A stretch of DNA of 64,000 nt from Blepharisma stoltei ATCC 30299 (lineage: Eukaryota > Protista > Ciliophora). The notes beneath the pieces are model-generated. The model searched no databases and was not told where the DNA came from. It saw only the letters and a program-made list of their open reading frames with translations. The translations under genes were made by a program, and so were the position numbers. The stretch's first letter is position 1. Each line of letters begins with the position of its first letter. The DNA lies in contig CBFDEM010000015.1 in assembly GCA_965603825.1 (NCBI GenBank), forward strand, positions 1-64,000, given 5' to 3'. Shown here piece by piece: positions 1 to 12,700 of the stretch.

Positions 1-956
1 CCTAACACCCTAACACCCTAACAACCCTAACACCCTAACACCCTAACACCCTAACACCCTAACACCCTAACACCCTAACACCCTAACACCCTAACACCCT
101 AACACCCTAACACCCTAACACCCTAACACCCTAACACCCTAACACCCTAACACCCTAACACCCTAAACCTAACCCTAACACCCTAACACCCTAACACCCT
201 AACACCCTAACACCCTAACACCCTAACACCCTAAACACCCTAACACCCTAACACCCTAACACCCTAACACCCTAACACCCTAACACCCTAACACCCTAAC
301 ACCCTAACACCCTAACACCCTAACACCCTAACACCCTAACACCCTAACACCCTAACACCCTAACACCCTAACACCCTAACACCCTAACACCCTAACACCC
401 TAACACCCTAACACCCTAACACCCTAACACCCTAACACCCTAACACCCTAACACCCTAACACCCTAACACCCTAACACCCTAACACCTAACACCCTAAAC
501 ACCCTAACACCCTAACACCCTAACACCCTAACACCCTAACACCCTAACACCCTAACACCCTAACACCCTAACACCCTAACACCCTAACACCCTAACACCC
601 TAACACCCTAACACCCTAACACCCTAACACCCTAACACCCTAACACCCTAACACCCTAACACCCTAACACCCTAACACCCTAACACCCTAACACCCTAAC
701 ACCCTAACACCCTAACACCCTAACACCCTAACACCCTAACACCCTAACACCCTAACACCCTAACACCCTAACACCCTAACACCCTAACACCCTAACACCC
801 TAACACCCTAACACCCTAACACCCTAACACCCTAACACCCTAACACCCTAACACCCTAACACCCTAACACCCTAACACCCTAACACCCTAACACACCCTA
901 ACACCCTAACACCCTAACACCCTAACACCCTAACACCCTAACACCCTAACACCCTA
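1..956 (+). repeat. Telomeric repeat tract (CCCTAACA)n, chromosome end
   Basis: Near-perfect 8-mer tandem CCCTAACA from base 1 to ...CCCTA at 956, then an abrupt switch to AT-rich unique sequence. CCCTAACA is the repeat known from the heterotrich ciliates Stentor and Blepharisma. Confidence 0.97.
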
Positions 957-1109
957 TTTGTATTAGCCGCAAATTAATTGAAAAACAAGAAATTTAATTA
1001 ATATTAGTTGACTATTATTTAATAACAAAAATACAGAAATTTAATTTATATCAATTAAATATAAATAAAGAATTGCTTACCATATTCAAAGTCATCTATA
1101 AATTTATTA

Positions 1110-3086
1110 TTATTCATATCTCCTGGAAGGTTTGCTGCTGATTGCTGAGTCAAAGCTAATTGAAAGAGTTTTGGCTTTGCGATCATCTTCTTCTTTAGCT
1201 CTCAGTTGTAATAGATTGCTAGGAATTTTAAATTTATTTGTTCTTGTTCTCCCAGATTTTGCTACAGAAAGCGCAGGTCCATTGCTATTCAAAATTTTTT
1301 CTAAGGTTGCTTGGAGTCTTAAAAATGGGGTTTGATTAGAAAATTTTGATTCTAATGCGCATAAAGCCAATCCATCAATAAAAACTTTTCTGCCAATCGT
1401 AAAAGTATTAGCATGATTTAAAGTTATAAAACCTTCAAATTTGATTGTATCTGTTTGCAACTCAAAACTTAATAAAGCATTAAAAATATGAGTTATTTTC
1501 TGCTTTGATATTAATTCTGGAAAAATACCAAAATCTGAAGTAAATTTAAAAAATGCATTAAAATCATATAGATTTGCTTTATCAGAATAGTTGCAAACAA
1601 ATACTGCGATTGCTTGTTTCCATATGTTATAAATTTTATTTAGCTCTTCCCCTTCAAGAGAAGCCCGCAAATTAATGATCCTATCATACGTTTTCTGATT
1701 CTCACTGACTTGATCAAATTTTTTAATATAATTTTCCATAAATAAGTCGAAAGCTTGGTCTGGTTTCAAATCAGAAAAATGTTTTCTTGCAACTAGCTCC
1801 AATGCTATTTCAAATTGCTCGTAGCTCATTTTCGAGCCTTCATCGTATGATATTTTTCTATTTATAGCGGATGAAGGTGTATTATTTTTTGAAATTTTTC
1901 TGGTCGCTAAAGTATAAATAATTTCAATATCTTCTTTATTAATTTTACTTCCTTGATCACTTTGAATTATTCCTAATACCTCAATGAATTTTACAAACTT
2001 ATTTGATGTGATTCCAACCATTCCAAAATATTCTCCTCTGTTGTATTGATCATATAACTTTTCCAGCTTTTCTGTATGATTCGATCCTATTTTTTTTGGT
2101 GAAAGAGTTATTGTTTGGGACTTTGATAAAGGATCGGCTATTTCTATAGTGGATAAACAATCAGCTATTCTTTGGCTTGATAAAAATGTAGTTTTTCCAT
2201 TAAAAGGTCTATTGGTTTTCATCTGCAAAGTATGAAACCCAGGTGATAATTCCATTCTTTCGAGCAGCATAATAATTTTTTCAGTCAGCTTTACGTGAAT
2301 ATCATGAAATTTTCCAATCACTGCACATCTGCACAAAAAGAGCAAAAACCTTTTAAACGTAAAAGCTGTCCCCATTTCCTCACACATAAAAAGTGACAAT
2401 GATGGTATCACTTCTTGGATTTCTACAAGGTCTTGCCATATTTTTAAAAATTGTGCTCTGTTAATAACTAACGGTGTTACATTATATTCATTTGAAAATT
2501 TATATAGAGCTCTTTCAGATTTTTTGCATAAAATATCGAATGATTCAGATGATTTAATTTCCCAAGGAAAGTAAGATTGATAAATATCAAGTAAAACCGT
2601 TTTTGAATTGAAAATTATTGCTAAAGAATCGTTATCTAAACTGAAATCAATTTGTTCAAAATATTCAATATGATTTGAGCTTCTTAAAGAGTCATATAGA
2701 GGGAAAATTTGCTTGTCTAATAAAATGTATAGAGCCTCTCCAGACTGAATATTTTGGTTTTCATTTGAAAATATTGCCTTTGCAATTTTTGTTAAAATTT
2801 CACAGAAATTTTGAAATAGTATAGATCTATTTCTTTTAAGTTCACCAGATACAATAATATCAATTGTGTTTTTATGTAAAAGTTTTCCTTGGATACCAGC
2901 ATCAACAAAAAGTAAGCTGAGCTTTTGATGCGAAATGGTACTTGTTTTGTTTCTTGTTCCAATACAGGAATAATATAAAAATAATCTTTTCAGCTTAATT
3001 TTTATCTCTTCTGAAGATAAGGAGTAAACATCTGTTGGTTGAAGTTGTAGTTGATTTATTAGAAAAGAGTTTTGCGAAGTTTCCAT
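1110..3086 (-). CDS. Hypothetical 658-aa protein with p25-alpha/EF-hand-like helical repeats
   Basis: Long ATG-TAA ORF. Segments such as LFLYYSCIG..ISHQKLSLLFVDAGI and ITSNKFVKFIEVLGII resemble p25-alpha/EF-like units; the family call is weak. Confidence 0.55.
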   Translation of the reverse strand: METSQNSFLINQLQLQPTDVYSLSSEEIKIKLKRLFLYYSCIGTRNKTSTISHQKLSLLFVDAGIQGKLLHKNTIDIIVSGELKRNRSILFQNFCEILTKIAKAIFSNENQNIQSGEALYILLDKQIFPLYDSLRSSNHIEYFEQIDFSLDNDSLAIIFNSKTVLLDIYQSYFPWEIKSSESFDILCKKSERALYKFSNEYNVTPLVINRAQFLKIWQDLVEIQEVIPSLSLFMCEEMGTAFTFKRFLLFLCRCAVIGKFHDIHVKLTEKIIMLLERMELSPGFHTLQMKTNRPFNGKTTFLSSQRIADCLSTIEIADPLSKSQTITLSPKKIGSNHTEKLEKLYDQYNRGEYFGMVGITSNKFVKFIEVLGIIQSDQGSKINKEDIEIIYTLATRKISKNNTPSSAINRKISYDEGSKMSYEQFEIALELVARKHFSDLKPDQAFDLFMENYIKKFDQVSENQKTYDRIINLRASLEGEELNKIYNIWKQAIAVFVCNYSDKANLYDFNAFFKFTSDFGIFPELISKQKITHIFNALLSFELQTDTIKFEGFITLNHANTFTIGRKVFIDGLALCALESKFSNQTPFLRLQATLEKILNSNGPALSVAKSGRTRTNKFKIPSNLLQLRAKEEDDRKAKTLSISFDSAISSKPSRRYE

Positions 3087-3748
3087 TTAAGTGCTATATG
3101 CATATTGAATAATAATTGTTACAGAATATAAAAAACCAAGAATGTGGTCTATTCATATACATTGGAAATTCCGATATATTAGCCCGATACATCTTTCCTA
3201 ACCCTTAATTGCATTAAGTGTATATATAAGCTAGGGATAAAACTTCAGAATTCCTTTGAGTCGCTCCCAATAAAGACTCTAATAATTAAAGTATTGATCA
3301 TTAATCTGTGTGGAATGGAACTGTTAACTTGGCTCGGCAGCCAAATTAAATTGCCTGAAGATCTCAGAAACTTAAGCAGATACTTAGAATGTGATTTTAT
3401 CATGTATAATGTTTTGCATAGAATTCAATAACTAGAATTCTAATAAACATTTTAAACTTATATTAAAGTTATTAATTATTATAAAGTATTAGACCCAACT
3501 GGGCAATTCAGCTGCAGTAATGATTTATTTCCAGCAGATAGTCTCCCTTCTTGAAATTTATACACAGCTTGCATTGGACTCGATTTCCTTGAGTATAGCT
3601 AATTCTCTGAGGCGCTATTGTTTAAAATACTTTAGGATAAAAATTATAGGATTAGATTGGATACATTTTAATCAGAGAATAATCTTGCATATTAGTCCTG
3701 CTATTCGATTTCTAATAATTATTTTAAAATTATAAAGCTATTGAAATA

Positions 3749-6700
3749 TTATTCTCCAGAAAGGTAATAGATCCACGGAGGCAAGTCGCCTGCAGTGATG
3801 ATCATTCTACCAGTAGGTGGTTTTCCTTCTTGCGGCTTATACACAACTTGTATTGAAATCGATTTCTTTGAGTCCAATCTCACAGGAGATTTCGTTGAAA
3901 TTGTAAAAGCAGGGTTATCAATTCTGATTGTGTACTCCATAGGCTCATAGAACGGATTTCTAAAGTCAATACCAGTCCCTTTTGCAGGAATGCATTTGAA
4001 AGGCCCTTGTGGCATAGGAGACGATGAGTGTCCAAACAATAAGCAAGTATACTCCCCTCCTTCAGGATGGACAACGGTCATCATTGCTCGACTTTCTCCA
4101 AGTGTGCTTGGCTCATATCTGACTGGTAGCGAAATCTCTATACCATCCCAATTCGAACAAATAGGTGCATCAATGACAGGCTTATCTACAAGGAAGTCAG
4201 CTGGGCCTGTGCCATTTATTTTTTCTAGTTTGATTTGGTATTGGACTTGCTTCTTCAAGAAATGCTGGAACCTGAATGCTTGCACAAGCTCAGTGCCAAG
4301 CGAAGTCGCAAAGTGCAGATTTCTATGAGTTGTGTTAGGAATGCCTTTAAGCTGCAAAACATAATTAAATTCCCCAAGCTGGGCCGATTTCACAGACAAT
4401 TTTGACTGCAATTCAGCAACAATGAGTGGCCTGTATATTACTTCGATTCCCGATTCTGATTTTGGAGGGATTTCAAGCCATTCAGGCTCTATTGACACAT
4501 ATTCATTATCACATACAATCATAGCTCTTGTAATTTCTATAGGCGTTTCAAGAGGATTTGCAATCATTATAACTTTTTGAGTGACTTCCCTTACAGGGCT
4601 CACTAGCTCAACAACTCCTTGCTGTTCTTGCTGCAGAGCCCTCATTTCTATATTGAAAAATATGTATTCTTTATTTGCAGGATTTGTAAAGGTAATTTTG
4701 AATTTTGTGACTCCAGTTTTATATGTAAGGAAATTCAGCTTATATTCTTTAGTGCTGTAAGCTGGTACATCAAAAGTGCTAGCTCCTCGAATAAGCACAG
4801 CAGGGTCAGCTTCTCCTTCAATGTCCCATTTCACCTCAAATCGTTGGACTACTTCAAGCCAATTTTTGACAGGCAAAATCAAAATTTTCGCTACCTTTGC
4901 TTTAATTTCTTGGATTACTGTATCGACTGGTCTAGGAGGCTTAGAAGCTCCAATTAGATTGAAAAGCAGAGCAGTGCCGTCAGGAAGAGGGAAGAAAAGT
5001 GTGGCTTGGTGAAGGAGCTCTGGAGTTGTCATCGTGATTGGTTTGTAAGAAACCTCAAAATCAGCAATTGAGTTCGGGTTGATTTCCAAGGCGCTTGCAC
5101 AAGTCCAGTATTTCTTGGTAAAGTCTGAATTCGTGCTTATGCTGGGCTGAATTCGCCATTTGGCCGCTGTAGGGTTTTTGACTTGAACTTTTTGTATCTG
5201 AGATTCTCTCACTATAGCTTCAAATCGCAGGTCTTTTGTGGACTCAGGTGTTGGAGGTATACAAGAGCCATGAAGGGTAAGGAAAATAGGGTCAGAACCT
5301 TGGATATTGCAAGGGATTTTATTAATGCGAATATCAGGGGAGATAAATGCAGGATGGAAAGTGATATCAAAATAAAGCTCGGCATTGGCTTGAATAATTC
5401 CTTGATCTGGAGAAATGGTGAAGTGCTCACTATATTTAGAAGAATCCCATTGGAAATGGCAAGGAATGTCTCCAATATTTAAGAGCTGGATTGCTTTACT
5501 TTGGTGGCTCCCTTGTATGACAACTCCAAAGCTGACTACTTCTTCCATAAGCTTTAGCTCAATCCCATGACAAGCTCCACTAATAGTTAACAGCTTCCTT
5601 GTTTCTCCATTATCAAACTTCACTAATAGATCGTCAGTAAACGGATGAAGTCTTTCTTTTGGCTTAAATCCTATTTCAATCGGCAATGTTTGCTTTGGCT
5701 TTAAGATAACTTCTTTATCAGGGGTATAAGTCACAGAATGCTTTTTAAGAGTATCTAACCCACTACCATCAATAAGAGAGAAATTCACAGACCGTTTGGA
5801 TTTATTGAGCAGCTGAACTGTTTTAGTTTTTTCAACTCCTGCCCTGGACACACCAAAATCGACAATTTCTTGATCTCGGCTCCCAAGCTCAAGCTTAACT
5901 GGGCAGCCTTCACCTTTGACTTTTACCTGGATTTTATGGATATTGTTGATATCGAATTCAATGGTTTCTTGATATACGACGTGATCTCTAGGGGTAAAGA
6001 GAATTGGAACTATAAGCTTTTTCTTCTCAAGCTCAGGATCAGTAGGTGAAGTTGGAAGCAAAACTTGCCCAGGAGCAAGCTGAACATCAATGTGAGGGAG
6101 CCTTTCGAAATTAGTTTCAACAGAAATAGCAGTATTGTCGTAGTTGACGATCTCTAGGTTTGCTGTTTTTGTGAGAAGAGTTCTTAGCACAAAGCAAGGC
6201 CCAAAATCTTTTTCTATAAAGCTGAATTGGACGCCAGGCTTCCTTGCGCTTCCTTTGCAGATAAACGAATAAATAGGTCCACTGACGATGCTAAGCTGGA
6301 ATTTAGCTTTAGAAAGCTTGTGCTCCGTAAGCGGGGAGTATTTGAGATAAATACTTACACTTTCTCCAGATTTAACAGTCCCTTGCTCAGGAGAAATTGC
6401 AACATAGCGAGAAGAGTTTGGCATTTTCCAGGAAAAATCAAAGTTAAATTTGCCTGAATTCGTGATTTTAACTGATCTACTTTGGCATTCATTAATAAAA
6501 ATGTCACCAAAATTCACCTCACAAGGCTCATCCACTAACAAAGCACGTGAATTTTCATAGTGGACTGAATGTGAAATCACATAGCCTACACCTTTAACGT
6601 TTAGCACCAGTTGTCTAGCCTTTCTTTTTACATTACAGACCAAGTTATAGTTAAACCTTGTTTCACGCTTAGGCCTAAAAGTGATCTCTATTGGAATTGA

Positions 6701-9700
6701 GCCTTGAGGAGGGATTTCTCCACTTATTGGAGAAACAACCAATGAGTCTCCATACGATTCTTCTCCTTTAATAGAATCACGGTCAAAAGAGAATATGAAG
6801 GGGATAATTTCTTCGTTAATTAGTTGAATAGTTTCTTTGGCTTTTCCACCTATTAAAAGCTGATTGAAGTCTATCATTCCTTTTTCAAGGGAAACATGAG
6901 GCTCGAGAACAGTCCCAACGATTAGGAATTTTTGAGTGATTTTTTCACCTGGAATTCGGAATTTCCAATAGCTTTCGTGAGTTCCTACAGTTTCAGGGGT
7001 ATATTCAAAAGCCATTTCAAATTTCTTGCCTGACAGAATTACGCCTTTAGGAGTTACACAGCTAAACTGCTTAAGCGAAAACTCGCTGCCTTCAACTTCT
7101 TCAGGCTCCCAGACAAACTCGTAGCCTTGGCTTGTGGGGTTGACGACGTAGAATCGTTTGGTGTTTTTCACTTTCGTCCCCATGCTTTCAAAATCAAGAA
7201 TCTGGTAACTGCTGTCAACTGGGGCCATGTCTTGAGCTTTTTTCTCTCTATAAGTGCTTGGAGGCAGCTCAAAGTGGCAGATAGGCCGTATACTTTTACC
7301 TCTGAGCTCTATAACAAGTGGCTTTAATTCAGGGGCGAGGTTGTTCAAGGAGCAGATTAAGAGGCGCTCATTAATCGACTCTACTTCAGAAGGCGAAAAT
7401 TTGATATTGATGAATTCGACACAGCCAGGGGCAATTACTCCTTCTCTTGGAGAAACACTATACGGGCCTGCATCTAGTTTCCCAGTGGTGGATGAACAAA
7501 TCTTAAATCTATAAGGCATAGCGATTTTAGCTATATTTTTCAAAGGCAACTTATAGCTTCTTGATGCAAACATAAGGGTTGACGCAAACCTGATTTCTTG
7601 AAATTCGCAATTGTACCTTATATAATCAGCGACAGCACTGACCTTTAAAGGTACTTGTTTCTGTGTCTTATCAATTTCTGTGAAAGTTGGCTCTTTTCTT
7701 ACTTCATTAATCTCAATATTCGCTTCTCCATCATCAACTTCTTCTTCCACAACTTCTGCTTTTTTCTCTTCTTTTTTCTTCGCTGCTGGCGCTGCCTTTT
7801 TGGCTCCTTTTTTCAATGAGGCTTCATACTCTTCTTTTTTCCTTTTTTCCTCTTCTTCTTTCCTCTTCATGATTTTCTCATATTGTTTCTGAGTCACCAT
7901 GCGAGTGTCAAACATAGAATTGTCCCAGTCTTCGAAATGCGCTGAGGCTTGATTAATTTGTATAGTCTGGCAGATTAGGTCCAGGTTTTTGTACTCTTGA
8001 GTTTCATCTGCTTTAAAAGTCAAGGTGATTTTTTTGCTAGATTTAGGTGCTAGATGTCCGACTGAAGGGCTGAAAAAGAAGTGAGGTCTTTCAGGCCATT
8101 CGAACTTGATGATTTTGTCTGTGAAGTTATGAAGGTGGAAAGTGAGATATTTTTCTTGCCCAACGATGCAGTCTCCAAAGTTGCACTCGTCTTCTTTGTC
8201 GTCTGGGAGGTGGGTGAACATGACATCTTCTTGGTAGCCTTCTCCGATTAAGGAGTAGAGCTGAGACTCATAAGGATTGCTTAAAGTGGTTATCCTCAGC
8301 TCGTGTGTTGCTTTTTGTACGACGTCTGGAGTGTAAAAGACTTCGAAACTCATGCTGGTTTTTGGCTGAAGAGTTGCACTCATGGTATCCTGGAACTTGA
8401 AATTCTTATGATACTCCATTTCGACTTTTACAGTAGCTGGGATAACTCCTCCATTCATAAGGTTAATCAGGGCTTTCGAAGTCTTTCCAACCCTTGTTTT
8501 AGCAAACTTGACTAGTGACTTCCCATCTTCAGCTAATAAAGGGTTTATTTGAGTGACTGTTGGCAACGTCCCTTCACCTCTGAGCTCAAAGGTAAGTTTA
8601 TGTGTTTTAGGATTAGGTTCTCCAAATTCTACAACTCCTTCAAAGATTCCTCCATATGACAGCATGTCAGTAGGCTTAAAAGTAACTTTCACATATTCGT
8701 GGGAGTGTGGTGGGATATGAACTTTGAGTGGAACTACTTCAAACGCAAATCCTTCAGACTTGCTGGTTGTCCTTGGCTTTACTGAAAAGGTGATATTTGC
8801 TGGCACTTTTGCTGCATTCATTATTTTGAATTTTTCTATAATGCCTTCATGGGTTTTCGCAGAAGTATAAGTCCCGTATAGGAATACATTTTCTTCAATA
8901 GAGAAAATTTTTGAAGGCATAAGTGTGCCTGGGTTTGCACCCTTCGCGAGCTCTAGTGACTGGACCACAGTTTGCTCTTCAAAAATGGCATCGAAGTCCC
9001 ATGTATTTACTCCAGGGATACAGCTTTCACCAGCTAGGACATATGGAATTCCTTGAGGGTTATCAGTCGGGTCTCTGTTTGAAATATTAATTGCAAGAGT
9101 TTTTTCATAGAGCCGAGAGCCATCAGCGTTAAAAGTCACATTAATGAGCACAGAGCTGTTTCTTGGAACAGTCCCTTGGCTAGGAGAAATATTGAATGGG
9201 CCAATGTCAGCTGAAATGACAACTTCTTTTCCTTTTGCAGGTTTCTTTTCAGCTTGTTTTTTCTTGGCTTCTTCTTTTCCTTTTCCTTTGACCTCTTCTT
9301 TAGGCGTTGACTTCCGAGCTGCCCTTTCTTGTGCTCGCTGTCTTTCATCAATAAGCTCAGTTATCGAGAACTCAAAGTCAAATATCCCTTCATTTTTCAC
9401 TTCGAAAGTCCTGCTTCGATTTTCTCCATACCTAAGAGGGCCGAAGTTTATATTTCTTAGCGGATGGATACTATACTTACTGAAGACTGCATTGCACGCG
9501 ACATTTATAGGGAATTCTTCATATTTTTGGCCACTTCCTCCTTCCAAAATTGCAAGTTTTATGCCAGATTCTTCTTTTGCAGGCTCAATTTTTTTTTCTT
9601 TATCAGTCTTAAACTTCACCACGAATGGCTGAGTTTGGTTAGGTAGAATCGAGCCTTCTGTTGGAGAGCAAGCAAACATTTCTCGGGTTTGTTTTTTCTT

Positions 9701-12700
9701 CATAATAAAATTGTATTTGATTTCATATATCCCTTCATTGACTAAGTTAAACCCACGCTGGGCTTCTTCGAAAACTCTAACATCTCCGAAGTTAATTATA
9801 TTGCTTCCAGCGCCAAAGTCCACTTTTGCTTTCACATCAAAAGCTTCAGCTTCAATTGAAATAGGCTTTGGGTCTTGCTTGACTCCTATTTTCTCTACGT
9901 CTGTAACTTCAAGTGTCACTTTCTGCTGGAATTTTTGCTGCTTTATAGCTGTAAACGTGATTGAGACAGTTGCTGTTTCTTGAGGCTTCAAAATTCCTTC
10001 CTTCTTGTCAACCTTAAACTCTGCAGGTAGAGCATCAATTCCTGCTAAGCTCCATTTAAGTGAAATTTTGCAGATGTTTTTGACGGTTAAAGACTTGGTG
10101 ATGTTTTGAGTCAGAAGAATTCTTTCAAAAGAAATCAGCTCTGGGTCAACTTCAGCAGTTGGTTTTTCACCTTGACAGACTAGTGGGAAAATGACTGGTG
10201 TAGGGTTTCCTTGGATTAAAGCTACCAAGGAGTCTGTAAATTCGCCGATAGCTCCTGGGAATGCCCAGACATTCAAGTCTTTCGTTTCGTCACATTCTAA
10301 AGTCATGCTTTCTGGGTCAAAAACAAATACTGATTTTGTGTCTCCTATTGAGCTTGCTAAGGCATAGTCGACTTTAACTTGATAAAGCCCATTGTTTGTG
10401 ATCCTAAAAGATTCGCAATTGGTTTTCTTGATTCCTTCTTCGTCTTTTCTGTCAGGGTTTTTGCCGATAAGCAGTGGTCCGAAGTCAAATCTGCTTTCAC
10501 TCATGATATAGCATTTCGAGATGTAGCAGTCAGGAATTGCGATTGGTCTTGATTTTTTTCGCTTTAGGAAGACGTTTCGAGGGTCTGAGTTTATGACTGG
10601 GAATTGGCAAGAGCAAGAGCAAGGAAGATTGAAGTGCTTAGAGCCTCCCATAATTTCAAACTGTAGAGTATTTTCATAGTTTCCCACCTCTTTTGAGAAG
10701 AATTTTATCAATAAATAAGTGGAGCAATGAGCATCAACAATCCATCTGGCTTTGCTTTTGTCAAGATTTTCATCCCTCACATCCAACTTGACTGCTGACT
10801 CTTCTCCTTCTTTCACTTCTTGAGGGAGTAGAGTCTGATTAATAGGAGTATAAATGCTGAAGCCGTTAACAACTGCCCTCTTATGCCGTTGTCTTGGCTT
10901 ATAAACAATCTGCAAAATTTGTGGAGGAGGAAGAGGCAAGCTTTCTGGGTCAGGAAAGACTGGGAATGGGACAATTTCAAAAGCAGTTGCAAGAACTCTA
11001 GCTTTGCTTTGGCTGGCTCCTATTTCATTTACGAAAATATTTCCAATTCTTCCTGGCTCTTCTGGGTTTTCCTCAGTATCTTTGGCAACCATGTAGCCAT
11101 GAAAAGCAGCCCTTACCTCTTCTTTTTCTTTATTAAAAAGTTCAGTTTCTTTGGGATCTGGCTCTCTGAAGTGGAAGACGTCAGTCTCTGGGTCTTCAAT
11201 TACAATTGACTGAGGCTCTACACGGTGTTCCGAGTCTGTGTCTATAATGATAAGCTGGATGTTTTGTTCTCGGAAAGCTTTAGCAAACAAATGAGCTCCG
11301 AATAATGCATTTGGATAATAGTCGCATTTAAGATCGTCTATTACAACTCCAGCATTGCAGTCTCCATATTTAAGTCTTTCATCAACTAACTTTTCCAACA
11401 TTTCTAGAGGCAGATGGTTGTAGATTTTTTCATCAAATGGCACTTCTTCTACCTTTCTGCGGCCTTTTCTTGCTTTTTCTCTGTCCGCGATGTCCTTTTC
11501 TTTTTTGAGCTTCATCTCATCAAGGAATTTTTGGATTTCTTCTGCTAAGCTTCCGCCTTGCATTAAATGCCACTCAATAATTGAATTCGGAGAAATCAAG
11601 ACTCTACCATGCTTTTGAGCTAAATGCTGGGCTAAGAAGCTTTTGCCTTTCCCTGGTCTTCCCCACACGATCACATTATGTCTGTCTTTTTCAGGGATAT
11701 AACCTGGGAATTTTTCTTCGATTTTTGTCTCTTCGGCTTCTTCACTCCTTTTTTTGAAATAGTCCTCAGCTAGCTTTTTGTCTTCATCTTTTTCTGACTT
11801 CAGCTTTTCTTCCATTTCTTTGTCTTTTTGAGCTTGCTGCAGCTTTTTTTGTTTTCTCTCATAAGAAAGGGCCATGTCTCGCCATACTGGCATGCCAGGC
11901 TTTCTTGGAACTAAATACAGAGGCTTTGCATCTTTCCTTGGCCCTACTTCTGATGCAACAGTTAAAGAAGAAGTCATCTCTTCAGTTCCCTGCTCAAAGC
12001 CTTCAAAGTTTCTCATAATTTCTTCTTCATCTTTGTACTGCCCATCAAAGTCCAGAGAAAATACCTCAATAGGATAGTCTGTAGGGTTTTTCATTTCTAC
12101 TAAACTCCAAGCATCTTTGCTATAAGTGAGCACAGGCCCAAGAACTACTTTATTAGGAATAAACTCTAAGGTTTGGGCTACTCCATTTCCTTTTAGTGTC
12201 AATATTTTATTGACTTGGTTATTGCTGATCTTAAATTCAAGTTTTTGGTTTATTGCTTTTTCTTGGGTAGGTGTAAAGGTGACGTCAATTGTGCATTTTT
12301 GGTTAGGCTGAAGCATACCTGAAGGAGGATTTATCTGGAATCGTTCCCAGTCAGGAGGAGACCCAGCAGCTGCTGATGGGTGTTTCGGTGCGTAGGCCCA
12401 CTCACAAGGGACTTCTCGGATATTTTCGAATCTAATTTTGGCGATAGATAAAGTGCCTATTATAACCCTTCCGAAGTCAATGCTATCACTTGACATGTTG
12501 AAATCTGGGATAGTCAAATTTGCTTTAAAGCATAGTTGGTAACTAAGCCCATTTTTCAATTGAAGTGTGGTAACTGTCTTTATTGGTCCAAATTGCATTG
12601 TTTTCTTATTGCTTTGGAAAGTTATTTTAAAGTTGACACTTTCTCCAGCTTCCAGTCTGTTCACTTTTGCAGGCTCAATTGCTAGACCATTGAACTTCAA

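Noticed and set aside
21-900. Variant telomere units (near 21-30, 161-180, 231-240, 481-500, 891-900)
   Set aside because: Isolated short indels are typical of long-read or consensus error; they cannot be distinguished from telomerase slippage without reads.
1-956. CRISPR array or satellite
   Set aside because: No spacers, terminal position and eukaryotic gene content indicate a telomere.
3197-3207. Internal telomere-like CCTAACCCT
   Set aside because: A single imperfect short match, expected by chance.
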